From Calcarisporiella thermophila CBS 279.70 (Eukaryota; Fungi; Calcarisporiellomycota): a stretch of DNA of 64,000 nt. The stretch spans positions 33,194 through 97,193 of the forward strand of contig NW_027192202.1 of assembly GCF_041956535.1 (NCBI RefSeq), written 5' to 3'. Below are positions 53,440 through 64,000 of this stretch, one piece after another. The translations under genes were made by a program, and so were the position numbers. How positions within the stretch are numbered: the first letter of the stretch is position 1; each line of letters starts with the position of its first letter. The notes below the pieces were generated by a model. That model made no database searches, was not told the origin of the DNA, and was given only the letters and a program-made list of their open reading frames with translations.

Positions 53440-55091
53440 TGATGCGACGCTAAAAACAACATCCACCATCAATCCGTTTTGTTTTTACCTTTTTTTTATT
53501 TCTTTCAAAATACTGTTAGAATATAATATTTTATTTTTATATTTTTTTTCTGATTTTTTATTTTTCTTTGTCTTTTTATATTTTTCCATATGTTTATTTG
53601 GGCCAAGGTTAAAAATATCTATAATGTTATTTTTTATTTTTATTTTTATTCTTTTACTGATTCTAGAAGGGGGTTGTCAATCGAGCTCCATTTTTGTCCC
53701 AAGACTCAAAAAATAGAACTAATGCATTTTTCTCAGTGATTCGCTCAACCAGCTCTGACACTCCCTCCCAGATGGAGGGTTGTCGAAACCCTCAGACGTG
53801 TGTTGCCAATATCCATTTAGCTTGGTTTGTTATTTGTTTTATCAAATTCCCTTGACATGCTAGCTTGTTTAAAGGTTTTTTAGTAAAGCCCGGCAAAGCA
53901 GATGATAAGCTTTATGCAATTCAGGGCCATCTGAGCTTTTGAGATACAAAATTTGCGCTAGACTCATTCGAAGATAACGCTTATTCTCATGATTGAAAGC
54001 TGGACACTATCCAAACCACGGAAGAACGGATACAAAGAGAAGTACTTAGCTCCGCGGAAGTGAAAGCCATACTCATTTCTATCAACCACCTTAGCAAATT
54101 GAACAAGCGCAAAAAATTACTCTAAACAATGATGAGATTCATTGAGCAAACCGATCATGACTTCGGACAGATATCAGCCATTGACCTGACAGCTATGAAT
54201 TGCATAAGATGACTTGGAGGGTTAGTGTACTGACTCCAGTAGATTGCAAATCCGGTTTCCTCGGCCCTTAATTGTATTAATGCATTTTAAGGTTATGGAA
54301 CACGAATTAGCCACCGAGGAACACGATAAATTCGATTTCTACTCCAGTTTTTCAAGTTTTCATCCTCTTTCTCTCATAGTGAAGCAAGAAGACTAAGTTG
54401 TTTTAGTCGTCGCTACCACTTTGTTACGAAAGTAATTTTCGACTTCTGGTCTTCTAGACGATTATAATAGGAGTGGAGAAGCCGTAAATTACTTCCGTAA
54501 CAAGGTGTTAGCAATGATAAAAACATTAACCAGTCCTACATGAGAATGAGTATGTCCTACTAATGAAATGAGAAGAGGCCAGACAAGGAGGCATGTGATC
54601 CATCAACTCCATCTCCCCTTCCACCTTGCTAGTTCTGCGACCCGCATATGCACCCACACACCTAGTTCCACTTTGGTCCTGCCCAAGAGGATCTCTCAAT
54701 GGACCCATTGTCATGCATTGGTGATGAAATTCGCGATCTGGGCCAAGAGCCGGGGTTGGGGTTCAACCAAGCCTTTCAAGGTGTCAGTAACAGGAGCCTT
54801 CTGGAGCCCTTTCTGCCACACTACGTGATACCAGTCAGCAGTTTCTAAGATTTGACTCCTAGATGGCATCATGCCGCTGCTTTTTCTCTGATTAACTTGT
54901 AGGCTTCAAAAAAAAAACTGTAATAAAAATAAAAATCAATGCCAAACATTGTAAAACGAGTAAAAAGGAGTTATAAGCAAACGGTTTGCGAGAAATTACA
55001 TAAAGATTTTTACCACCATGACTCTTGTCATAAAAAGTCCAAGTTAAAAAAAAGGGGGGGAAATCATGGATAAAACAAAGTGAAATGAACA

Positions 55092-58000
55092 TCATTGCAG
55101 GTTTTTGATACGAGCGCTAAAGAAGTGGGGTGCAAGCTCCGCAAGCCAGTTGCCGTCGACCGCCGTCACGTTTTGCATGTATTCCTTGCTTGTGTACACC
55201 AATTCGTGGTACACCACATAGTCGGGGGTGTAGCCCAGGCCATAGAGGGCGCTGGTCGGGTGCAGGTGGCATCGCATGCCGGTGCGCAGATTCACGTACT
55301 CGCCAATTCCCTTGATCCTTGCCGCGTGGTGGAAGTACCCCGAGCAGATGCACTTGCGGACCACGTCCCAGTCCGTGCCGCATGAAAGATACTTCATCTT
55401 CTGGGACTTCATGATATCCATCAACTGGCTTCGCACTTCGCGTGCCTTGCGCATTGCCTTAGGGTGGATGAAGTGCTTGTTGCACCACTCGTCGCGATAC
55501 CCGTTCGCCTTCCACTGGTTGTACACGTGGAGCAGTGTGAGATGGTCGCTCTCGGGCACAAAGAACTTTTCACGGGCCGCGTCCGACTCCTCCATCCGCT
55601 CCTTCGGACGGTAGAACACAGATGGCACGGAGAGCATCGACACAATGGTCACTAGCTCGGCGGTGCACTCGTACTGCTCGGAGACCACCAGCATCTTGCA
55701 CAACGAGGGGTCCAACGGGAACTCCACCATCTTGCGGCCCAGCGGGGTCAGATTCCCCTGCTCGTCGAGCGCACTCAGCGTCCACAGCTGGTACATGGAG
55801 GTCAAAATGTTGTCCTGGGGCGGGGGGTCCATGAAATCGAACTCGAGAAGATTCTTGACCCCCAAGGACTTCAGCAACAGCACCACGTAGGACAGGTTGG
55901 TTCGCTGGATTTCGGGGATCGTGCTCATAAACATCTCCTGTCGATAGGCCTGCTCGGTGTAGAGGCGATAGCACACCCCGGGCCCGGTTCGTCCGGCTCG
56001 TCCCTTGCGCTGGTTGGCGTTCGCCTGACTGATGGGCGTGATCTGCAGCGCGTCCATACCGATCTTGGGGTTGAACACCTTCAGCTTGCAGTAGCCCGTG
56101 TCGATGACGTACCGGATCCCATCGACCGTCAGCGACGTCTCCGCAATATTGGTGGCCACGATACATTTGCGAGCATTATTGGGTGCCTTCTCGAAGATCT
56201 TGGCCTGCAGATCCGCGGGGAGCTGCGAGTAGATGGGGAGAATTGCGAGGGGGGGCGGATCGTCCAGCTGCTCCAAACGCTCACCAAGCACTTGGCAAGT
56301 GATCTCGATGTCCTCTTGTCCCGTCATGAACACCAAAATGTCACCGGGAGGGTGCGACAGATGAATTGTGAGCGCCTGCTTGACCGCGCTATCCACATAG
56401 TCCTCACAGGGGCTCTTGCTGAACATCTCCTCGACCGGGAAGGTGCGTCCTGGAATGTTGAACGTGGGCGCGTTGCCGAAGAAGGCGGAAAATTTGTCTG
56501 CGTTCATTGTGGCCGAGGTCACGATCAGCTTGAGATCGCGGCGTCGTGCGATAACTTTCTTCAGTAGGCCCAGGAGTAGATCGGTTTGGAGAGAGCGCTC
56601 GTGGGCCTCGTCGATGATGATCGCGCTGTAGCGGTCTAGATCGGGCTCGTTCAGCGACTCGCGCATGAGCACTCCGTCCGTCATGTACTTGATGATGGTC
56701 TTGTCAGAGGTGCAGTCCTCAAATCGGATCGCATACCCCACTTCTTCTCCAAGCTTCACCCCCATTTCTTCGCTGACTCGCTTCGCCACCGACATCGCGG
56801 CGACACGACGAGGCTGGGTGCACCCAATGATGCCAAACTCGCTGTACCCATTCTCATGCAAGTACTGTGTCATTTGGGTGGTCTTCCCGCTGCCCGTCTC
56901 GCCCACCACGATAATCACCTGGAACTCTCGAATTTGGCGGAGCAATTCCTCACGCACCGCGAACGCCGGGAGGAATTGCCGTTGTTCAGCGATGGTCTTT
57001 GTACGCGAGAATGCGCTTGCCGCCTCCGCCGTCTTGAGGTGGGAGGCAAACTGGGCATCCTTGCGGCCCTCCTCATCCTTACCCTCCTTTTCACCGTCGT
57101 CACCCGGCTTGGGCGGGGCTTGATCCCCCCCCTCCTCCTCGTTCCCCTTGATGCCCATCACATTTCCAAGGGCGGTGCCAGCCAGCTCCCACTTGGGGGC
57201 CGCTTTCATCCTCTCCGCCTGCTCCCGCTTCTCTCTAACGAGCTTGCTTCCCTTTCTCGAGCAAACGGCCAGATCCGAAGTGGGATCCTTCACCGGATTC
57301 ACGGGCTCCAGCTGTTTGGTGAAGATGGTCTTGCCACTCAAAAATGGCGGCTTCACGTCATGCACAAGAATGTGAATCCTTGCCTCGTTATCGTCATCGA
57401 AATCAGTGTCGATGTGGCGGCGCTGCGCAATTCCTGACGTGAGCATGCGGTTCGTCTCCCAGAGTTCGTTGTCCCGATTGTACTGCGCCTGCCGTGCCGT
57501 CAGTTTCTTCATTTGCTTCTGGGTAAGCTGCTCTTCCCGCTTGCGGTCAAACTCTTCGTATTCAGCGAAGGGGTTGTGTTCATCGTCACGCGCCCCATCA
57601 CCCTCCTCGAGATTGTACCATTCACGGTCCAGCTGCGTTTGTTCCTCTTCCCACCGGTGCCGGTCATCGTCATCCCGTAGCACCTCCTCATCTGGATATT
57701 CGACGTGAATCTCATCGTAACCTGAGGGGCGAACACGCGGAGTCGCCGCCCACTCCGATTCTCTCCGAATGGTTTCCGATCCACGCGGGCGCGGGGTGAC
57801 TTCGCGCCAATTTTCGCGAGGAGTAGAGCGGGCGCGATCCCGGCTGTAGTCGTAATCTCGGTCGCGATCGTATCTGCTACTGCTTCGACTCCTACTTCGG
57901 TCGCGATCTCGGCTCCGATCCCGATCATCATAGCCACGCGAAGAATCTCTAGAGGAACGACTTCTATATGACTCGCCTCTCCTGTCGTAATCCATATCGT

Positions 58001-59056
58001 CTGTTCTCCTTCTGGGTGTTAGTGAGGGGTCCCGAGTTTGAAGCTCAGAATTGAGCCTTTCCCCTTTATTGCGTATATAGAGCCCACCTGTGATATATCC
58101 AATGTTTAAAAGGAATTGCTTTTTTAGTAACATACTAGCATAAAAGAGAAAACACACTATTGATTTACCTCTTGGACGCTCTTTTCTAGATTCATTCTGT
58201 GATTTATCGTCTGAACCCCTATCGCGTGAGGATGGAGCTGTGTCTGCCTCACTTGATGATGACGGTCTGGAACCTAATAAAAAGTGAAAATAAAAGATGA
58301 GCATTATATAGGCGGTAACCGATATACCGTAAAATACCTTTCTCATCCCTATCCTGTGTGTCTCCGTTTTCCTTCTTCACATCATCATCCTTCTCATTTT
58401 TTGCTACCTCTTTCTCTTCTGCTATATTCCTATTATCACTTCCATCCAGCTTGATTTTCTTTGCTTCTCGATCTTGTAGGCTTTCTTCCTCATCCTCGTC
58501 CTCATCATCGTACACTACTCTCTGTACTTTTTTAGTCCGTCCACTCTCTTTGTTCTTCTTAATTCCGGTGGGGACTTTGAAAACATGTCGGAATTCTTCT
58601 GTCGGCGCACCAATCTTCCCGGAGCCCAATGTGTCACTAGTTTCTCCATTGTTTATCGCTTGTGATTTCCCAGCTGGTTTATGATCGGGTATAGCTTTGG
58701 TAGTAGAAGCTGAGGAGGAATGCGAGAATTTTAAACGCGAATGGATGTGATCGAAAAGATCATCGAGAAACGCATCCTTGAATCTTCCAAATCCTTGACA
58801 TGCTATTAATTATAACGCCATGATCAAACAGAGTAAAACGCCAAATGTCAGTTCTACCGATCAACAATATAGCGACGATAAAAAAAAGATCAGGATATTA
58901 ATCACCTTTTCGGAACTGTGCAGCATCATGGCTATTCTTGGCTATCCCGATTACACTTTTTGCAAGTATGTCATTGGGTTTTGCATGCCCAAGGGAATCA
59001 AGAAGTTTGAGCGCAACATCATGGGTCAGATCCTTGTCCGCATCTGCCATTGTCAT
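55092..59056 (-). CDS. PRP16: Pre-mRNA splicing DEAH helicase Prp16 (DHX38), multi-exon
   Basis: [59 protein letters not shown]. Confidence 0.96.
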
Positions 59057-59566
59057 TGTCAAAATAGATCAAGATCGAATCGACACGCATTTTAATAATA
59101 AGAAGGGCAGTCACAATCCCTCAGTTCCAATATCGACTTATGAACTATTGAGGCTCAATTGAATTGTACAATTAAAAAGTAGCACTATATCCGAGTCGTT
59201 TGGTCAACTCTTTCAAGGTAATTTTTTCTAGAGGGGAGCTAGATCATAAGTAAAAACTGCTATGTTATTATTATTATAAAAAAGAGAACAAAGAAAAAAC
59301 AAATGTAGAAGAGGGAAGAAAAAGAATGATAGATTCGATTTTCTCTTATGTCGTAATAAACATAAAATAACAAAAGATTAAATTGGCCTCGAAATAAAGG
59401 GGAATTATAAAATCCACTTTAAGAGAAAGATAATAAAAATGCACAAAAAGAAATGATATCCTCACCCCGCTCAGAGAAAGATAAAAGGGAAAAGTGGGAA
59501 AAAGCGAGCACGTCATTTCGTCCAATGAGACGAAGTCAACCATGTGCTTTCATCCCACCCTCCTAA

Positions 59567-60983
59567 TTATTCACTGCGCTGCGCAGCAGCAAGCCTAGCC
59601 TCCAAGCTTCGAAGGGCCTCTTCCTTGGCAAGCAACTCCTGTCGTTTCTCCATGATCTCACGCTGCACACGTAATTCGATCTCGCGCAGCTTCTCCTCTT
59701 CCTTACGCAGCTGTTCCTCCTTAAGCATCACGCTCTGACTCGCAAGATCATCTGGCTTGAGTGTTGCGTCCTCTGTGGAGTCATTTCCACGGCTGAGTTT
59801 CTCAGTGCGGTAATTTTCGTAGAGGAAGTCGTGTGTAATTTCCTTGAGGTCCTGGAGATGGGTGCTAGTAGAAGAGTGGAATGACGGGTCAAAAACTCGC
59901 CCTGCTAAAATAAACGTATCAAAAATTACTTTAAGAGTGCTGTGCGTAGACGCGCGAAATCAGAGTGCTTGGGATTATCGACTTCAACTACACCCCATGG
60001 ATATTGTCGGCCCCGCACAGTACGCCCATTCACGACCACCTCTTCTTCGCTTCCAATAATTGCAAAGGGAAGTAGTGCCTGTCAAAATTGACAAAACACC
60101 TCTTAGCATTGAAAAATTAGATTTTGGATATGGCGCTACCTACCCTCAATTCACTATTCTCCTCGATGGTCTCTTCGTCGTCTTCCTCGGGATCGTAAGG
60201 GAAATTATAAATGGGAATGTTGTAATACTCGATATCCTCCATGACCTGTTGTCATAAAAAAAAAGCATTCACATCACCACTTATGATACACTGTGAAAAC
60301 ATCGCAACTTACTCGCTTCTTGAATTCCTTTAGCTCAGAGGGTGTAAACGTATCAGCCTTGCCAATAACGGGAATCACATTGACACGCGGGCTCAATCGT
60401 CTCATTAGCTGAATATCGATTTCCCTCAATCCATGGAATGTGGGTGTGATGAAGTACAGCAACGCATGAACACGATTGTCGCGGAAACGAGGATTACGCT
60501 TGATGCGCGACTCTTCGGCAAGGATATCATCATATTGCCGTTCAAGATAGCCCATGATCTCTTGGAAACAAAATTCATTGTCAATGTTGTCACCAAATCC
60601 AGGAGTATCGACAATTGTAAGAGAAATGCGGACCCCATCCTCATCGAGTTCTAACATAATCAGCAAAAGGTTATGAAAAAATAAAAAATGGGTCATATCA
60701 CTGAGACATACCAACGGTGACCGGCTTGATCTTAATTCCCTCTTCTACATGGGCTGACTCTGGGCTTTCAAGCTCCTTGTGCAGCAGGACCTCGGAGCCG
60801 CAAAGAGTGTTTACGAATGTCGTGCGTCCGAGGCCCGAGGCCCCTACCACCATGATAGTGAACTGGAATCCTTTTTTGACGTTCTTTCTGCGGTTGCCAA
60901 GCCTCTATAAGCAAGCAAGAAGTCTCATTAGCTATCATGTCGGAAATTTCTTGAAAATGAAAGCTACTTACGTGGGCCATCAT
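59567..60983 (-). CDS. CDC11: Septin Cdc11/AspA, multi-exon
   Basis: [25 protein letters not shown] (Arg P-loop typical of Cdc11), [36 protein letters not shown]-terminal coiled coil. Confidence 0.92.
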
Positions 60984-61930
60984 TTGTGCTGATTGAGTAG
61001 ATGAATCCTACTGAAGAGAACAAAGGTTAAAAATAATCTTTGGAACCAAGCAAGAAAAGGCGAACTGCAAGGATTAATGCCCGAAAAAATATCAGGCGCT
61101 TTAAGAAAAACAAAAGATGATCATATTTACTGTATAGGCGCTGATGTTAAGATGTCTAGAGTGTCGTTTTGGGGGGGATGTTCTATGTTCCACAAAAAGC
61201 TATTTAAAGGAGATAAGAAAGAGGTGAGATCGTGTCCACAAGACACGCGAAGAGATGATGATATCACCACGGAGAAGTGATGTAACGAAAGTCCACGTAC
61301 CGATTTGATTAGATGGAAAGGACCAACGATTTTATTTTTTCAGTTTTTCAGATGAGAGCTACTTTGTTCCACCACTTTTTTTGAATACCCACAATTGATT
61401 CAGTTCAATGAAAGCGGAAATCGAGATTAGTCACCCCTTTTGGATTTGCCTTTGCCGAGACATCGATAAGTGGGGACGGGAGAGTCGGCCTGCGAGGTTG
61501 CATTTTTGATGGCCCTACTGCTTGTCTTGGCAACGGGAGCGGGGGATCGGTAGAGCCATTTGCGGTTTCCCCCTTCTTCCGAACCACATCTTTAGCATAC
61601 TCTTCCCCACCCGCCCAGTCTAAGAGAGGTAGGATCGGCAACCATTCTTATTCACCGAATGGCCAATATGTTTGAAATTTATTTGTTAGCCCGGTGAATA
61701 AAAATAGCCGACGTTGGAGCGATCCCAGCTCGTCGGCGGATTTCATTCTCTCGCGAACTATTCTCCTAGGGCAGCGCCATATAAAAAGGATAGCCCCATT
61801 CTGGCCCCGCCTTTTGCCTCTTTTTACTGCAACCGGATATCCCTTTAGCGCGAATACGCCTGCTATTCTACTCTCTTACCATCCAAATATCACCCTCTCC
61901 AGGACATTTACCCCAACTATCAACACAATC

Positions 61931-62587
61931 ATGAGGTGGATAATGATTTCCTCCCTTATAGCCATTGTCATCGGCAGTGCCAACGCGTTCCCAGCCCCTC
62001 CAATGCCGGCTTTCAACCAGATCCCCTCCCAGAACGCATATGCCCCTCAAGCACCAGCGCAAGCGGCGGGCTACCCGCAACAGGCCCCTCCTATGCCATA
62101 CGCAATGAGAGCTATGAGTGCGCCTGCCTATATGCCTGGAGTCAGTAGGGCGGGATACCCGCCCCAGGTACAACCCCAGCCGGTGCAACAGATACAGCCG
62201 CAGCCGCAGGATCAAGGCTTTGCTTCTGCACTCAATCCTCAACAGTCTCAGCAATTCAATCTAATGATGCAGCAGCAGCAGCAGCAGCAACAGCCGCAGG
62301 CCACCTCTTATGAGCCAGGAATCCCATCCCAACAGCCGCCTCCACCATCGCCAGCAATGCCACAGATGCCTCCACTAATGCAAATGTTATTGAACGCTAT
62401 TGCGCCAGAGCTCACGCAGGGGGATCCTTCGCAGCCAACGCAACAACCCACTGGACAACCTCCCAAGCCATTCTTTCCGTTTACAATTCCCGGAATGAAG
62501 CCAAAATCTCCGTCTAGCGCCGGAAGGATAGAGAAAAATGTAGTATTGGGCGCCGTGACACTGTTGGCAATGTTATTCTTGGTGTAG
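61931..62587 (+). CDS. Secreted Pro/Gln-rich, probably GPI-anchored cell-surface protein
   Basis: Signal peptide MRWIMISSLIAIVIGSANA; C-terminal SSAG plus hydrophobic tail VVLGAVTLLAMLFLV; TATAAAA at ~61780. Confidence 0.8.
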   Translation: MRWIMISSLIAIVIGSANAFPAPPMPAFNQIPSQNAYAPQAPAQAAGYPQQAPPMPYAMRAMSAPAYMPGVSRAGYPPQVQPQPVQQIQPQPQDQGFASALNPQQSQQFNLMMQQQQQQQQPQATSYEPGIPSQQPPPPSPAMPQMPPLMQMLLNAIAPELTQGDPSQPTQQPTGQPPKPFFPFTIPGMKPKSPSSAGRIEKNVVLGAVTLLAMLFLV

Positions 62588-62790
62588 AGTCAAGCCATTT
62601 TCTTGGCCACATTGGCCATACCAATCTATTTTCCCAAGAAAAGAGAAAGCGCTGGTTTCTTTCTTCTTGTCAGTTATTTATTCCCTTTTGTTTTTGGTAT
62701 GCTCTTCGGTTTAATTAGAGGAAAACGAATAAAATTAACACGACATAATAGCTACAAAGAAGTTTATTTTTGCTGGTAATCGTTCTCTAT

Positions 62791-63945
62791 TCATGAGGAA
62801 TAGGCCCAAGTGGGTAGCCCTTGCGGCATGATTTTTTCCAGTCCATCATTCTGGGGCGGAGGAGGCAGCCGTAGGCGTTCAAGCGTATCCGGGGCCAACT
62901 CATCAAGCGCACTGAGTACGCGCGAGGCCTCCTCACTCCGATTCAATACCCTCCGCTTTTTTAAAGGACTTCTACCCGGCTGCAACTGCTGCTGACCCTC
63001 TCCTTCGGCATCATTCTCGTCGTCTGTAACCTCGGGGCTCTGAACACGCACGTCCAGTAACTTGCGAATTTCCTCGATCGGCCGATGGACCCCATTCAGC
63101 CCCTCCCTGGAGATGCGATCTGCATTCTCCTCGAGCACCTCCTTCCTTCTCTCCGACTTTAGGTGGAGTCGAGTATTTCTTCGTTTTCGAACCGTATCCT
63201 TCTGCTTCTTCTCATCCGGTTTTAACCGCTCCCGCCTCCTATTATTAAATAGCTTCTCGAGGGCAAAGGCTGCCTCCTCGTGGGTGACGCTTTCGTTCGA
63301 ATTGGGTGAGGGAGAACGAGAGATGAGATCGGCAAGAGCATGAAGGGTGGATTGATTAGAGGGACTCGTGAGAGGCTCAGTGTAATTCCAAGTGGGGAAT
63401 GTGGAGTTGGGTGTGACGGCGGCCTTTTTTTCAAGCTCGAGTAGTCTTGTGCGAACGTATTGCTACACGTATGATAAAAAAACAAGCCATCTCAGAATGG
63501 GCCAAACCCCCTTGGACTCATCAGATAAGTCTACCTGAATACCCTTTGCCCTGTTTTTGGCCTCTGCGCTGATCTTGTCTCCGCTATCTGCACCCGCAAT
63601 CGGCAACTGTTGCAAAATCTCGCCACCCTCTCCGAATCCATTATCTATTCCCATAGCCGTATCCATCGACACTACTCCTCCCGTGTCCAAATTCATTCCT
63701 ACATTAGATATTCCAGTTGCTGGATCGGTTCCATCTGATCCGTTGATTCTGATCCCCATTTCTCCTAGGATCTTCACCACCTCGCCACTCATCCTCTCGA
63801 GCTCCGGAATCTGTGCAACCATGCCCTTCAATTCAGCAATCGATTCCTGCTGTCGTTGAAGGACTTGGCGCAATTCCTCGAGTTCCTGTGATTGTTGCCG
63901 AAGTGTATCGCGAAGCGCGGCAGTGTCGAAAGATGGCGGGTTCAT
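62791..63945 (-). CDS. Hypothetical protein (~360 aa), coiled-coil N-terminus, basic C-terminal domain; exons 63945-63535, 63462-62791
   Basis: Phase-0 GT..AG intron joins 137- and 224-codon exons; RKRRNTRLHLKSERRK..QSPEVTDDE..RSEEASRVLSALD..LPTWAY. Confidence 0.7.
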
Positions 63946-64000
63946 GAATCGAAAAGAATTGCCACCAGTTTAAAGTGATATAATATAAAATGGATAGTAA

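Noticed and set aside
53900-54890. Extra PRP16 3' exon or decayed gene
   Set aside because: Stops in all frames and no similarity to a Prp16 tail; PRP16 has an in-frame stop at 55092
37893-58684. Many overlapping 60-200 aa ORFs opposite or out of frame with the GC-rich genes
   Set aside because: Expected shadows of high-GC coding exons

Overview
Intron-rich eukaryotic DNA from a fungus. Gene content and intron style suggest an early-diverging lineage, probably Mucoromycota (inference). It carries about 23 protein-coding genes, mostly housekeeping (SDHAF3/ACN9, DHFR, a USP, IDH2, an MFS permease, TMEM135, DOA1, a RABL3-like GTPase, a Whi3-like RRM protein, Ras, a SAM methyltransferase, a C2H2 TF, SEC66, a Ran1-like kinase, PRP16, septin CDC11). 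There is also an intron-containing tRNA-Ile(UAU) and a tRNA-like element. A decayed repeat island at ~17.9-23.6 kb holds an ankyrin pseudogene, a DIRS retrotransposon relic, a Crinkler 3' remnant and a ~1.1-kb transposase palindrome. Most notable: (1) a five-exon secreted precursor (513-1417, minus), mostly missed by the ORF track, that Kex2-type cleavage would cut into four Gly/Asn/Gln-rich, Cys-free, RHIM/repellent-like peptides; (2) a 2-nt micro-exon needed to keep the Ras gene in frame; (3) an H2B-H2A tandem histone-fold protein; (4) a tRNA-Leu-like element with encoded CCA but no anticodon arm. Exon structures were read by eye from GT/AG sites and frame continuity; family assignments come from motif recognition, not database searches.
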